A DNA stretch of 64,000 nt from an uncultured Gammaproteobacteria bacterium (GCA_964366515.1 CAYIUF010000001.1:51388-115387); one strand, 5' to 3'. Positions 1 to 9,338 are shown, counted from the stretch's first letter. The notes: generated by a model not told the origin, from the letters alone. Program-made: numbers and translations.

Positions 1-188
1 TGGACCCCGAAAATTTTGAAATGTACCTTCAGGCATTTCGGTATGGAATGCCCCCGCATGGCGGATTTTCTTTTGGACTGGAAAGAACAACAATGAAGCT
101 CCTTAATCTGCAAAACATTCGCGAAGCCTCACTCTATCCAAGAGACATGGAAAGGGTTGATTTTTCGTTCTCAAAAAAAGGAAAGTGA
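1..188 (+). CDS. C-terminal fragment of a class II aminoacyl-tRNA synthetase (aspartyl/asparaginyl-type motif 3), 5' partial at window edge
   Basis: Frame 3 translates to ...DPENFEMYLQAFRYGMPPHGGFSFGLERTTMKLLNLQNIREASLYPRDMERV...* ending at the TGA at 186-188. RYGMPPHGG...GLER is the class II motif-3 region typical of archaeal/eukaryal-type AspRS/AsnRS. A class I LysRS is present elsewhere in the window, arguing against class II LysRS. Confidence 0.6.
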   Translation, partial: DPENFEMYLQAFRYGMPPHGGFSFGLERTTMKLLNLQNIREASLYPRDMERVDFSFSKKGK

Positions 189-1102
189 GTATGCCCCGCA
201 CACCCCAAAAACCCGACGGAAAATATAATCTCCTAATCTTGTCTGGCCTTTTAGTGGTGGTTGCGGCAGTTGTCGGCGGCCTCACAACTTCCAAACCCGT
301 CGAGGAGCCCAAAGTTTTGGCAGAAGCAATCCAAAAGCCAATTGAAATTGTAGAAAAAAATGTTCCCTTGCCCCAGCTTTCCTCAAAATCTATTTTTGCC
401 ATGGATCTTGAAACGAAAAAAGTACTTCTTGCAGTTAATGAAAAAGAGCCCTCGCTTCCTGCCTCAACAACAAAAATAGCAACTGCCATTGTTGCTATGG
501 CGCATTACAAACCGGAGGAAATTTTAACCGCAGGAAACGTTAAAGAAATTGATGGACACAAAATGGGATTATTTTTTGGAGAACAAATTACTGTCGAAAA
601 TCTCCTTTATGGACTTTTGGTTTTTTCAGGAAACGACGCAGCAGAAGTTTTGGCAGAAAACTACCCAGGGGGAAAGCAAAATTTTGTTGCAGTTATGAAC
701 CAAATTGCAAAAAACCAGGATCTTCAAAATACAAACTTCACAAATCCACAAGGATACGATGAGTACCTCCATTTTTCCTCATCAGAAGATATAGTAAAAC
801 TTAGTCTATATGCATTGGAAAACCCAGTATTTGCAAAAATGGTTGGAACCAAAAACTACAAAGTAACAAATATAGATGGCTCGGTAATCCATCAAGTTTC
901 CTCAACAAACAAACTGTTAGGAAATATGCCGGGCGTTTTAGGAGTTAAAACCGGATGGACTGAAAATTCAGGCGAAGATCTTGTAACGCTTTACGAAAAA
1001 GACGGACATCGTGTTCTCATGTCAGTTCTTGGAAGCCAAGACCGTTTCGGAGAAACAAAAAAGATTCTTGAATGGGTTTTTCAAAACTACGAGTGGAAAT
1101 GA
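185..1102 (+). CDS. D-alanyl-D-alanine carboxypeptidase (PBP5/6-type serine peptidase), N-terminal membrane anchor
   Basis: SxxK (ASTTK), SxN (FSGND) and KTG (KTGWT) active-site motifs are present in order. A hydrophobic N-terminal segment is present. GTG at 185 or ATG at 191 could be the start. Confidence 0.85.
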   Translation: MSMPRTPQKPDGKYNLLILSGLLVVVAAVVGGLTTSKPVEEPKVLAEAIQKPIEIVEKNVPLPQLSSKSIFAMDLETKKVLLAVNEKEPSLPASTTKIATAIVAMAHYKPEEILTAGNVKEIDGHKMGLFFGEQITVENLLYGLLVFSGNDAAEVLAENYPGGKQNFVAVMNQIAKNQDLQNTNFTNPQGYDEYLHFSSSEDIVKLSLYALENPVFAKMVGTKNYKVTNIDGSVIHQVSSTNKLLGNMPGVLGVKTGWTENSGEDLVTLYEKDGHRVLMSVLGSQDRFGETKKILEWVFQNYEWK

Positions 1103-1153
1103 AATTCCCACTCTCTGACGAACGCAGTGAGGAACATGAATGGAAGTAACGAA

Positions 1154-2245
1154 TTAATTCCCGTAATACTCCGGAGCTATCGCTGGAACAATTGCACGGA
1201 AGCCCGAATCATCTCCACCGTCAAAAACTACAACAGGCTGCAAAAATTGCTGTGGTTTCCCGGAATCATAGTAAGCCAAGTAAACTCGCCTTACTGTTGC
1301 CGCATTTCCGGTTGTGGGTGGAGCAATAACCAATCCCTTCCCAGCCTGCAATTCTTCCCAAGCAACTTTAGAAGTTTTGACTGGATACGTTGCCTTTTGC
1401 CCCTCATCAATTGGGAAATAATGGTATTCTCCGGCAATAACCTGCTTAGGCCCAGAAGTTTCCCCGGTTACCAAAAGCCAAACTGTGCTTCGGTCATTTC
1501 TTTGCGTGATAACCCGCATGCCGTCATAATTTCGCCTTAAAAAGTTTACCCTTACAAAATTTGCTTCAGACAAAGACCCAACCCTAGTTAAAGCCTCAGT
1601 CCCAGATGCTAAATACTCAACCTCTTGGTTGCCGTTTTGAAGATCCTCAGGATATAGCCCCCCGCGGGTCAAAAATGAGCGTGCCGTATTTATAGCTTCT
1701 GCCTCAGACCTTGGCTTCAGCGTCAAAAGCCCCGGATCGGCACTTAAGTTATAACTCAAAGATGTAGTTTTGTTTACAATATTTATGTCCAAGGTTGCGG
1801 GCACATCGCGGTGGGTGAAGCGATATATAACGTCGCTCAAAGGCGCACCAGTCGGAGAAAAGCTCAAAGACTGGGCAATCTTTTTGGATTCGGTCAAATC
1901 TGCAAACGACGCCTGTGGGGTAGGCATAAAGAACACATTTACTTGTCCGGGGAACGTTGGAAGCTCGCCTTCGGGAAGAGAAAGCGTAAAGCCCAGGGAA
2001 TTTGCAGAAAATCTGGAGTCAAATGTAACTGCCGGTAGTTTTCCAAAAGTTACCTCGGGTTTTGGCGGGGGCTTTGGGAAAACTTGCCTATACGCCCAAT
2101 AGCCGCCCATAAAAACAACTCTCGCAAATATCAAGACCACCAATAAAATTGATCCGTATTTTATGCCTCGTCTTGCCCAAAATGCAGTTTCAGTTAATGT
2201 CATTACCGTGAACTTCAGTATACGTTCCAAACGTGTTAGAATCAA
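1154..2245 (-). CDS. hypothetical membrane-anchored extracytoplasmic protein
   Basis: Long ORF of 363 aa with a single N-terminal TM helix (ILLVVLIFARVVFMGGYWAY). No recognisable catalytic motif. Divergent from gltX. Confidence 0.5.
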   Translation of the reverse strand: MILTRLERILKFTVMTLTETAFWARRGIKYGSILLVVLIFARVVFMGGYWAYRQVFPKPPPKPEVTFGKLPAVTFDSRFSANSLGFTLSLPEGELPTFPGQVNVFFMPTPQASFADLTESKKIAQSLSFSPTGAPLSDVIYRFTHRDVPATLDINIVNKTTSLSYNLSADPGLLTLKPRSEAEAINTARSFLTRGGLYPEDLQNGNQEVEYLASGTEALTRVGSLSEANFVRVNFLRRNYDGMRVITQRNDRSTVWLLVTGETSGPKQVIAGEYHYFPIDEGQKATYPVKTSKVAWEELQAGKGLVIAPPTTGNAATVRRVYLAYYDSGKPQQFLQPVVVFDGGDDSGFRAIVPAIAPEYYGN

Positions 2246-2253
2246 TCTGAAAT

Positions 2254-3540
2254 ATGGCTAAAATCAGAGTCAGAATTGCGCCCTCGCCAACAGGGTTTGC
2301 CCATGTAGGAACTGCATATACTGCGCTTTTTAACTACGCTTTCGCAAGAAAACTTGACGGAGATATAGTTCTCCGCCTTGAAGATACAGACACAAAAAGA
2401 GAAGTAGAAGGCGCAGAAGAGGCAATTTACTTAAATCTTGACTGGCTTGGAGTTTCTTGGGATGAGGGGCCCGACAAGGGCGGCGCGTTTGGGCCATACC
2501 GTCAATCCGAGCGTCTTGACTTGTACCAAAAGAAAGCAAAAGAGCTAGTCGATAAAGGCTTGGCCTACGAAGACGAAGGCGCAGTCCGCTTTAAGAATCC
2601 CGGGGAAGACATTTCATGGAACGACCTGATCCGGGGTGAAATCACGTTCCCGGGGCAAGAAGTCCAAGATTTTGTAATCCTAAAGTCCGATGGGTTTCCA
2701 ACATTCCATTTCGCAGTTGTGGTCGACGATATTGCAATGGAAATATCCCATGTAATTCGCGGCGAAGACCATATCTCAAACACGCCAAAACATTTGGCGC
2801 TCTTTAGGGCATTTAGCGCAGCCCCGCCTGAATTTGCCCATTTCCCAACTCTTAGGAGTCAAGATAAAACCAAACTCTCAAAACGCCGCGACCCAGTAGA
2901 TTTAGGGTTATACAGAAAAGAAGGATACCTCCCCGAAGCACTCGTAAATTTCTTGTGCCTTCTTGGGTGGTCGCATCCTGAAGAAAAAGAAATATTCTCA
3001 CTTTCTGAATTCGTAGAAAACTTCACGCTTGAAAGAGTTAGAAAATCCGGGCCAGTTTTTGATGTTAAAAAACTTGACTGGATAAATGGTATGTATATTC
3101 GCCAAATGGAAGATGAAGTACTGGCTAGATTATTAAATGACCACATCACGGCAGACACATCTGTAGAATTTCTAAAAACGGCAGTTCCTTTAATCAAAGA
3201 AAGAATAAATAAACTGGAAGATGCAGAGCCTCTCCTGTCTTTTTTTTGGAACCACCCAACCATAGGTCGAGAAACCTTTATAGACGAATCCTCAGCTGGT
3301 CATATCGCAGATGCATTGGTCACTTTAAGACGTACCCCCGAGTGGAATCTTGACGAAATAAATAGTTCGCTGTCAAAAACAATTGAAGAAAAAAGCTTCA
3401 AAACGGGAAACTTTTATATGACGCTAAGACTTGCCCTTGCAGGAACAAAAATCACTCCTCCAATAAATGAGTCTATGGTAATCTTAGGTAAAGACGAGGT
3501 ATTGCATCGCCTCGAAGAGGCGCAAAAAGTGCTTCTCTAG
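2254..3540 (+). CDS. gltX: glutamyl-tRNA synthetase (short form)
   Basis: N-terminal PSPTGFAHVGTA (HIGH-type motif) and KLSKR (KMSKS motif). 428 aa. Confidence 0.9.
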   Translation: MAKIRVRIAPSPTGFAHVGTAYTALFNYAFARKLDGDIVLRLEDTDTKREVEGAEEAIYLNLDWLGVSWDEGPDKGGAFGPYRQSERLDLYQKKAKELVDKGLAYEDEGAVRFKNPGEDISWNDLIRGEITFPGQEVQDFVILKSDGFPTFHFAVVVDDIAMEISHVIRGEDHISNTPKHLALFRAFSAAPPEFAHFPTLRSQDKTKLSKRRDPVDLGLYRKEGYLPEALVNFLCLLGWSHPEEKEIFSLSEFVENFTLERVRKSGPVFDVKKLDWINGMYIRQMEDEVLARLLNDHITADTSVEFLKTAVPLIKERINKLEDAEPLLSFFWNHPTIGRETFIDESSAGHIADALVTLRRTPEWNLDEINSSLSKTIEEKSFKTGNFYMTLRLALAGTKITPPINESMVILGKDEVLHRLEEAQKVLL

Positions 3541-3543
3541 AAA

Positions 3544-4578
3544 ATGAAACCTGCCCCCACATCAGACCAAATCAGAACTAGGCTTAAGGTAAGACATCTT
3601 CAAACAAAGGCCGCCTTAGCCCAAAAACACCCGCAAGCCCAAAATTTTCTTGAAGAAGCGGGGATTGATCTAGGGCAAATCAGACAACACTCAACAAAGC
3701 TCTTGACAGCTGGCGCTCTCGGCGGCGCCCTTCTTATTCCAGGCGCAGTGCAAACCGACGAGATAAAGCCGGAACCCTTGATCAAACGTCCCGAAGCAAC
3801 AAGCCCAGCAGCCCAAGTCCAAGAAGGGACTGTTGAGCTGGATTCGTCAAATGATCATAAAATCACCCTACCAACACCCATTGCTCAAGCCCTAGAAAGC
3901 GGCGGACAAATTCAAAAAACCGGCTCAAGAGAATTTATCGTTGCAAACTTTCAAAAATCTCTGCCCCAAATTGTGAATAAATTTAACCCACCATTTTTAA
4001 CTCGAGAAGATGAAAAAATTGTTGAAAAAATAATTACAAATGGTACTAAAGTACCAACAAAAGCAACGCTGGAAGGCGAACACTTAAATACAACTTATGG
4101 ATATATTGGCGCAGAACAGCATCTAAAGAGGTTCCCGGGAGACACAATAGACCGACATTCGTCAAAAGTTGAAGGAATGGCCCCTGGGCTTGGAGGGTTT
4201 GGATACTTTACTGAAAATGGGGTCTTAACACCGGATGCAATTGAAAGAGAAAAGTACTATGTTTGTGCCCAGCTTATGTATTTGCCAGATTGGAAAGAGC
4301 GAGTAAGGTACTTGGCCAAATGGTACAAATGGAGAAAAATGATAGTTGTAAATGCCGACAATGGAAACGCTGTTGTTGCTGTAATGGGCGATGCCGGCCC
4401 CGCCGCATGGACTGGAAAACACTTTGGAGGAAGCCCAGAAGTGATGACAGAGCTCGGGGGATCAAAATACAAAAAGGGGAGAGTAATTATGATGTTCGTC
4501 GACGATCCGAATAACGAAATTCCCCTTGGGCCAATAAAGTACAATGAGTTGCCCGATAAAATAGTGCAAGCTATATAA
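3544..4578 (+). CDS. membrane-anchored protein with C-terminal RlpA-like double-psi beta-barrel (DPBB) domain
   Basis: The C-terminus (MIVVNADNGNAVVAVMGDAGPA...GSPEV) resembles the RlpA DPBB core (rVrVtNlaNGrsvvVrvnDRGPf). TM-like segment near residues 55-70. Confidence 0.5.
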   Translation: MKPAPTSDQIRTRLKVRHLQTKAALAQKHPQAQNFLEEAGIDLGQIRQHSTKLLTAGALGGALLIPGAVQTDEIKPEPLIKRPEATSPAAQVQEGTVELDSSNDHKITLPTPIAQALESGGQIQKTGSREFIVANFQKSLPQIVNKFNPPFLTREDEKIVEKIITNGTKVPTKATLEGEHLNTTYGYIGAEQHLKRFPGDTIDRHSSKVEGMAPGLGGFGYFTENGVLTPDAIEREKYYVCAQLMYLPDWKERVRYLAKWYKWRKMIVVNADNGNAVVAVMGDAGPAAWTGKHFGGSPEVMTELGGSKYKKGRVIMMFVDDPNNEIPLGPIKYNELPDKIVQAI

Positions 4579-4667
4579 GAACCTGTGCTAGTCGCACAGA
4601 ACCTTGTCAGTAAAAAATAATGAGCAAGTTATTCTATATGAGCGAAGCGAATTGAAGAAATTTTTAT

Positions 4668-4991
4668 ATGTCAAAAGTTTTTTATGATCACTTAATAGTT
4701 CTAGAGGAGGTTGAAGTTGAACTAAATAAACTCGACCTAGATCGTGATGAAAGGCGAGAGCTTGAGCATTTAATTGAAGAAATGACCCATCACAGGGTTC
4801 TAGACCGTGTATTAACCCATCTTCCAAAACAACATCACGAAGAGTTTCTAAAAAGGTTTGCAAAAACGCCCCACGACCCCGGGCTAATAGAATACCTAGA
4901 CGACAAAATTGAAGAAAGCGTTGAAGAGCACGTCAAAGATGAGATGGGCAAGCTGAAACACGAAATATTAAGTGATTTGTCCAAAAAATGA
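4668..4991 (+). CDS. hypothetical small acidic protein
   Basis: 107-aa ORF that is highly charged (E/D/K/H rich). No motif recognised. Confidence 0.4.
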   Translation: MSKVFYDHLIVLEEVEVELNKLDLDRDERRELEHLIEEMTHHRVLDRVLTHLPKQHHEEFLKRFAKTPHDPGLIEYLDDKIEESVEEHVKDEMGKLKHEILSDLSKK

Positions 4992-5034
4992 GATTGCCAC
5001 GGTCACCGTGGGCGACCTCGCAATGACATTTGGC

Positions 5035-5241
5035 CTATTTCGCAACTCTTCCCCAAAGCAAATAAATTGCAGAAAGTCCTACAAGTACGTAAAAAAGATC
5101 TGAAGCGCCAGAAAATGACCCCAAAACCTTTTCAACCAAATTAAGGTTGCCTGCCCCTAAGAAATTTCCCAAACCAACCAATCCCCAGTTTACTCCCCCA
5201 ACTATGACTAGCCAAAAAGCAACTGTGTGTAAATTTTTCAA
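5035..5241 (-). CDS. DUF378-family small membrane protein
   Basis: 68 aa with VGGVNWGLVGL and two TM helices, characteristic of DUF378. TTG start preceded by GGGAGGTGA RBS at 6-7 nt. Confidence 0.7.
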   Translation of the reverse strand: MKNLHTVAFWLVIVGGVNWGLVGLGNFLGAGNLNLVEKVLGSFSGASDLFYVLVGLSAIYLLWGRVAK

Positions 5242-5335
5242 AGTGTATCACCTCCCTTGACCTTCTTTAATCAAACATCTTTGCTCTGAGTTTGCAAGAA
5301 GAAAAAAAGACGAAAGTTTCGATATACTAGAGAAA

Positions 5336-5668
5336 GTGGACAGAAACTTCGGAGGAATCATTTGGACAAACCATGCCTTACAAAGGCTTGGACAGCGCGG
5401 AATAAAGCAGGGGGATGCGTTTGCAACATGGCGCAATCCTGACCAGTCTCGCCGTGCAACAGCCACAAATTCCTGGATTTACTACAAAACATACGGCAAT
5501 CAAAAAATCGAAGTTGTTGCCGCAAAAAACAATAAAGGCGAATGGGTTGTTTTGTCTGTTTGGTCGCGCTCAATTTTCGACAAGCCATTCTTCGCAAAAT
5601 CAACAAACGTTTGGGACAACCTCCTCGAGAAGTTTCTTCAAGCAGTCTTCGGGCGGGTCAAAAAATAA
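5336..5668 (+). CDS. DUF4258-like small protein (possible toxin-like fold)
   Basis: IIWTNHALQRLGQRGI resembles the HAxxRMxERGI signature of DUF4258. Assignment made from memory only. Confidence 0.4.
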   Translation: MDRNFGGIIWTNHALQRLGQRGIKQGDAFATWRNPDQSRRATATNSWIYYKTYGNQKIEVVAAKNNKGEWVVLSVWSRSIFDKPFFAKSTNVWDNLLEKFLQAVFGRVKK

Positions 5669-5722
5669 TTCCCACGAAAAAGGGCTAGCAATCTTTTGAA
5701 AAAGAAATACTAGCCCTAGTGC

Positions 5723-6430
5723 TCAGGCTGTGACTGTGGCCTTTTGACGTGCTACGAACTCGCGGCCTTTGCCAATCGTGGTGTTGACGGGGACACCATT
5801 CTTGCACAGTGGACAATCCTCCTCGGCCCAGGCATCCAAGCTGACGTTTGCAAGGGCAAAGAGTTTTGGTACACCAATATCCTCTGCAGTCACGCCTCCT
5901 CGGTTCACCAAGACCCCAACTCCAATGACCTCGCCGCCAGCTTCCTGAACAGCCTTGACGACCATTTGGACTGACCCTCCGGTGGTCAAAATGTCATCAA
6001 CGACCAGGACACGCTTTCCTTTGAGACGTTCACCATACCCTCGATAAAAAGTAAAGTGCTGCGCGATGGTGCCATCAGAGTATCGAAACGGCTCTCCGAC
6101 CTTTTCTGCATAGACGCCGATGACCTCACCTCTGCTGTGGACGTTCTCGGCGAATTCTCGCAAGTGGAAAGCAGTAGCCCACTGCAAGATAACCCCACCA
6201 ACTACTGGCCCAACAACGACTTGCACCCGTTGATCTAAAAACTCGTATGCAGTGGCTTCGCATAGCTTGTAGGTTGCGTCGATGTCGGGGTAAATAGCGT
6301 CTTTGTTTACGTAGGCACTGCCATGTTTGCCCGACGTATAGACGAAGTGGTCATTTGCCAAAACCGCACCGGCTTTGGCGAGTATGTCCAACACCTCTTC
6401 TTCCGAGAGACGGTATTTCGCAAAGTTCAT
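5723..6430 (-). CDS. pyrE: orotate phosphoribosyltransferase
   Basis: PRPP-binding motif VLVVDDILTTGGS. Strong RBS AGAGGAG 8 nt upstream of ATG. GC-richer than flanks. Confidence 0.8.
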   Translation of the reverse strand: MNFAKYRLSEEEVLDILAKAGAVLANDHFVYTSGKHGSAYVNKDAIYPDIDATYKLCEATAYEFLDQRVQVVVGPVVGGVILQWATAFHLREFAENVHSRGEVIGVYAEKVGEPFRYSDGTIAQHFTFYRGYGERLKGKRVLVVDDILTTGGSVQMVVKAVQEAGGEVIGVGVLVNRGGVTAEDIGVPKLFALANVSLDAWAEEDCPLCKNGVPVNTTIGKGREFVARQKATVTA

Positions 6431-6479
6431 TTGGTACTCCTCTTTCTTAAGGCTCGTGCCTCACATGACTCTTGTCTCA

Positions 6480-7247
6480 TCATGCTGCTTTGCTTCTTGT
6501 TCCACCAGCTGCATAGATCTCGTCCCAGATCCTCTGCGCTGCGTCTCTTGGGGAACCAATCTCGGCAGGTGGCTGCGTGATCGGCCTTCCGATTACGAGA
6601 ACATCTGCGCCGGCAAGCATTGCATCTGCAGGTGAGAGGACACGACTCTGGTCACCTTTGACCGCCCACAATGAACGAATTCCTGGTGTCCATCTCTCCA
6701 ACTGAGCCACTTCGGGGTCGTCCCGCAAAGTCGAAGCCTCCTTTGGAGAGCAAATGATCGCATGCCCACCAAGATCAGCAAAGGTACGAGCAAACTGGAG
6801 CACCTTGGTTGGGGCATCTACTCCGTAGATTTCAACACACTCCTCGCTAGAAAGTGACGTTAGTACCGTGACGCCCTGAACCCTGCTGGTTCCGCGATAC
6901 TGAAATGCCCTCAAAATGGACTCATTGCCAGTTGAGACATGGAGGTTGAAGTAGGCGACGTTGTACTCAGAAATCGCCTGTACTGCCAAGGCTACAGTCT
7001 CTGAAATGTCCTTGAGTTTCCAGTCGAGCATTACGTCTATGACAGCTGAGTTCATAGCCCTCAGTACTTGCGGAGTACCCTGGCCATGCAAGAGTTGAAG
7101 CCCTACCTTAAAGTAGTCCACATACCCTCGCAACTGATCTACGAGCCTGAGTGCTTCAGGAATCGTAGGCACATCCAAAGCAACAGCTATTTTTGTCAAA
7201 AAACTTTCTCCTTTGTTAATGTCCTGGAGCTTTGCGCTCTTGAGCAA
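6480..7247 (-). CDS. pyrF: orotidine 5'-phosphate decarboxylase
   Basis: IAVALDVP, DWKLKDI (DxKxxDI) and VIGRPI motifs. TTG start as called by the ORF track, so start is uncertain. GC-rich. Confidence 0.85.
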   Translation of the reverse strand: MLKSAKLQDINKGESFLTKIAVALDVPTIPEALRLVDQLRGYVDYFKVGLQLLHGQGTPQVLRAMNSAVIDVMLDWKLKDISETVALAVQAISEYNVAYFNLHVSTGNESILRAFQYRGTSRVQGVTVLTSLSSEECVEIYGVDAPTKVLQFARTFADLGGHAIICSPKEASTLRDDPEVAQLERWTPGIRSLWAVKGDQSRVLSPADAMLAGADVLVIGRPITQPPAEIGSPRDAAQRIWDEIYAAGGTRSKAA

Positions 7248-7259
7248 TCCTAATCGTGA

Positions 7260-7742
7260 GTGTATGCTCTGTCAAGTCGAACAATGACTAAAGAAAGACT
7301 AAGTCTCAAAGAAACCCAAGAAAAAGATATTATTGTCAGAAATTCAGGAATTATAGAATTCCAGTTTGTTGAAGACCCGCCGGATGGGAATTTAGCAATC
7401 GCCCAAGGAGAAAAAGATATACCCTTCCCAATAAAAAGAACATATTGGATAAATAAACTTAATAGGCCCGAGGCGGTACGCGGAAAACATGCCCACATCG
7501 AACTTGAGCAGGTAATTGTTTGCCTAAACGGATCTTTTACGTTGCATTTGGACGATGGAGCAAAAAAACAAGATATTATTATGGACAGTCCTTACAGGGG
7601 GGTGATTTTAGGAAAAATGCTTTGGCATAAGATGACAGATTTTTCCAAAGACTGTGTAATTTTAGTTCTGGCCGGAGATGTTTACAAAGAAGCAGACTAT
7701 ATCAGAAACTATGAGGATTTTCTCGCTCGACTAGCTCAGTGA
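7260..7742 (+). CDS. WxcM/FdtA-like cupin (dTDP-4-dehydro-6-deoxyglucose 3,4-ketoisomerase family)
   Basis: The RGKHAHIELEQVIVCLNGS motif resembles the FdtA/QdtA His-pair active site. About 150 aa cupin size. Confidence 0.6.
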   Translation: MYALSSRTMTKERLSLKETQEKDIIVRNSGIIEFQFVEDPPDGNLAIAQGEKDIPFPIKRTYWINKLNRPEAVRGKHAHIELEQVIVCLNGSFTLHLDDGAKKQDIIMDSPYRGVILGKMLWHKMTDFSKDCVILVLAGDVYKEADYIRNYEDFLARLAQ

Positions 7743-8130
7743 TCTTTTCTTTGTTTGCCTGGAAGTATTTATTAAAAAATCCAGTATGTTCCATTTTTTC
7801 AGCCTCAGAGACTGTGAAAAATCCCAACTGTTGACCTTCGTCCCCAAGTTTTACAAGTTCTGCCTCTTCATCAGTCAGGTATGAAACATAGCGATAAGCA
7901 ATAGCTCCGCTTGGGTGCTTTTGTTCTTCAATAAATTCAATATGCTTTGGGGTTATACAAATTTCCTCCTGAAGCTCTCTTCTCATCGCTTCTTCCGGAA
8001 TCTCCCCTTCTTCAATTCCGCCGCCGGGTAAATTCCAAACATTAGGCCAAGGAATACTTGGCTTGTCATCCCGAAGAATCAAAATAAATTTCTTGTTATA
8101 AACTACAAATGCTTTGGAACCAGAAGTCAT
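7702..8130 (-). CDS. NUDIX hydrolase
   Basis: Nudix box GGGIEEGEIPEEAMRRELQEEICI (Gx5Ex7REUxEExGU). Confidence 0.85.
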   Translation of the reverse strand: MTSGSKAFVVYNKKFILILRDDKPSIPWPNVWNLPGGGIEEGEIPEEAMRRELQEEICITPKHIEFIEEQKHPSGAIAYRYVSYLTDEEAELVKLGDEGQQLGFFTVSEAEKMEHTGFFNKYFQANKEKITELVERENPHSF

Positions 8131-8387
8131 ATGGAATTGTACTCTGAAACGAGGGCTTCTTTTTGAGCTTTAGACAATTGCTTCAAAGCATATTCTCTTT
8201 TCATCGCCCCAGATCGTGTAGGGTGAGTTTCACTATACACAAGCTCACAAGTATCAAAATACTTTGTGTATTTTGCAGAACGGGGACTTTTAGTTTGATG
8301 TTCGGAAATTCGTTTCTCTAAATTATTAGTGTATCCAACATATAGTGTGTTTGAAGAAGTTCGGAGAATGTAAACGAAGTAATTCAT
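8127..8387 (-). CDS. GIY-YIG nuclease-domain protein (YhbQ/UPF0213-like)
   Basis: MNYFVYILRTSSNTLYVGYTNNLEKRISEHQ is a classic GIY-YIG motif. Start taken at the internal Met, because the tool ORF extends 60 aa upstream without domain content. ATGA overlap with the NUDIX start. Confidence 0.7.
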   Translation of the reverse strand: MNYFVYILRTSSNTLYVGYTNNLEKRISEHQTKSPRSAKYTKYFDTCELVYSETHPTRSGAMKREYALKQLSKAQKEALVSEYNSI

Positions 8388-8641
8388 TGAAAGTAAGAAG
8401 ACAGAAGTAATATTAACATCCAGGGGTATAATTAAGTAATGATCGTCAAAAGAAAAGCAGGCTATTTTGTTATCTCTAAAAAAACAAGAAGAAACCTCGG
8501 CGGGCCATACAAAAAACGCGAAGAGGCGCTTGTCAGGCTCCGTCAGGTGGAATTTTTCATACACAAGAAGAGGTGAAATTTTGCTGCGGGATTAAGAAAT
8601 TGAATACAATTTCTTGGTCTCCTCGCAAAATATGAATTTTG

Positions 8642-8713
8642 CTGCGGGACTAGGGGTCGAACCTAGATCTCCGGTTTCAGAGACCGGCGTCACTACCATT
8701 AGACTATCCCGCA
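8642..8713 (-). tRNA. tRNA-Gln (anticodon CUG)
   Basis: Minus strand folds as: acceptor TGCGGGA/TCCCGCA (7 bp), U8, D-arm with GG, anticodon stem CCGGT/ACCGG with loop CTCTGAA (anticodon CTG), T-arm CTAGG-TTCGACC-CCTAG. CCA is not encoded. Confidence 0.8.
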
Positions 8714-8723
8714 ATACACATGT

Positions 8724-8732
8724 ATTTTACCA
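8724..8732 (-). promoter_or_regulatory. extended -10 element (TGGTAAAAT) about 10 nt upstream of tRNA-Gln
   Basis: Minus strand reads CGTGGTAAAATACATGTGTAT immediately 5' of the tRNA. TGn plus TAAAAT. Confidence 0.45.
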
Positions 8733-8885
8733 CGAAACTTAGGTTCGGAGAAGATCTCTCTTAAAACATACACTCATACATAGGGGTGTATGTTGTTACT
8801 ATGTTCTAGAACGTGGAAACAAAAAAATTCTTCACCACAGTGCGTGGAGAATTACAAACAATAACAAACGTACTAGGGGGAGTCC

Positions 8886-9338
8886 TTACTTTTTTGCTTT
8901 GGAGAGTTTATAGCCGCCGAATGCTAGAGCTGAGAAAGCTGGAATAGCAAATACTATTGGAAATCCTGTCTCGGGAAGCTTTCCGCCTTTAGTCATCGCA
9001 GACGAAGTCGCACTTGACGTCGCAGATGGTGAGCCTGTCGAACCCATTGCACCCTTCGTATCGCTTGCCACTCCTCCAACTGGAGTTTGAGCAGGTGTAA
9101 CTCCCGCAGGAAGTGTAACCTCAGCCGGTGGCTGGCTCTCGCCTGGCGTAGGCTCGATATTCAAAGAAAGGTTATTATCTTGTACCTGAGGAGTTGAAGC
9201 CTTCTCGTCACGATTTGAGAGGATTCTGTAGCCCACAAAAAGAGCCAAAAGAACCAAAAGTGCGCCTAAAACTGGGGGACCATATGTTGGCCAGTAGTAA
9301 GCAAGGCGCTCGCGGGTTTGATTATATCGATTTTCCAT
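8886..9338 (-). CDS. LPXTG-motif cell-surface protein (sortase substrate) with Pro/Thr/Ser-rich linker
   Basis: N-terminal TM/signal segment, low-complexity P/T/S/A region, and a C-terminal LPETG followed by hydrophobic stretch FPIVFAIPAFSALAFGGY and basic tail KLSKAKK. Confidence 0.7.
   Translation of the reverse strand: MENRYNQTRERLAYYWPTYGPPVLGALLVLLALFVGYRILSNRDEKASTPQVQDNNLSLNIEPTPGESQPPAEVTLPAGVTPAQTPVGGVASDTKGAMGSTGSPSATSSATSSAMTKGGKLPETGFPIVFAIPAFSALAFGGYKLSKAKK

Noticed and set aside
1127-2102. Plus-strand ORFs 1127-1540, 1770-2102 and 1811-2038 overlapping the 363-aa minus-strand gene
   Set aside because: They are short, compositionally odd (Cys/Trp/Arg rich), lack starts with RBS, and are fully antisense to a long ORF with a clear TM anchor.
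8388-8564. Tool ORF 8127-8564 (145 aa) for the GIY-YIG protein
   Set aside because: The GIY-YIG domain begins exactly at the internal Met (MNYFVYIL). The upstream 59 aa are hydrophobic, Cys/Phe-rich and unlike any GIY-YIG N-extension.
8567-8640. Possible second tRNA next to tRNA-Gln, because the string GCTGCGGGA recurs
   Set aside because: The intervening sequence is only about 46 nt and folds as a single hairpin. No cloverleaf can be drawn. It is treated as a repeat or terminator instead.
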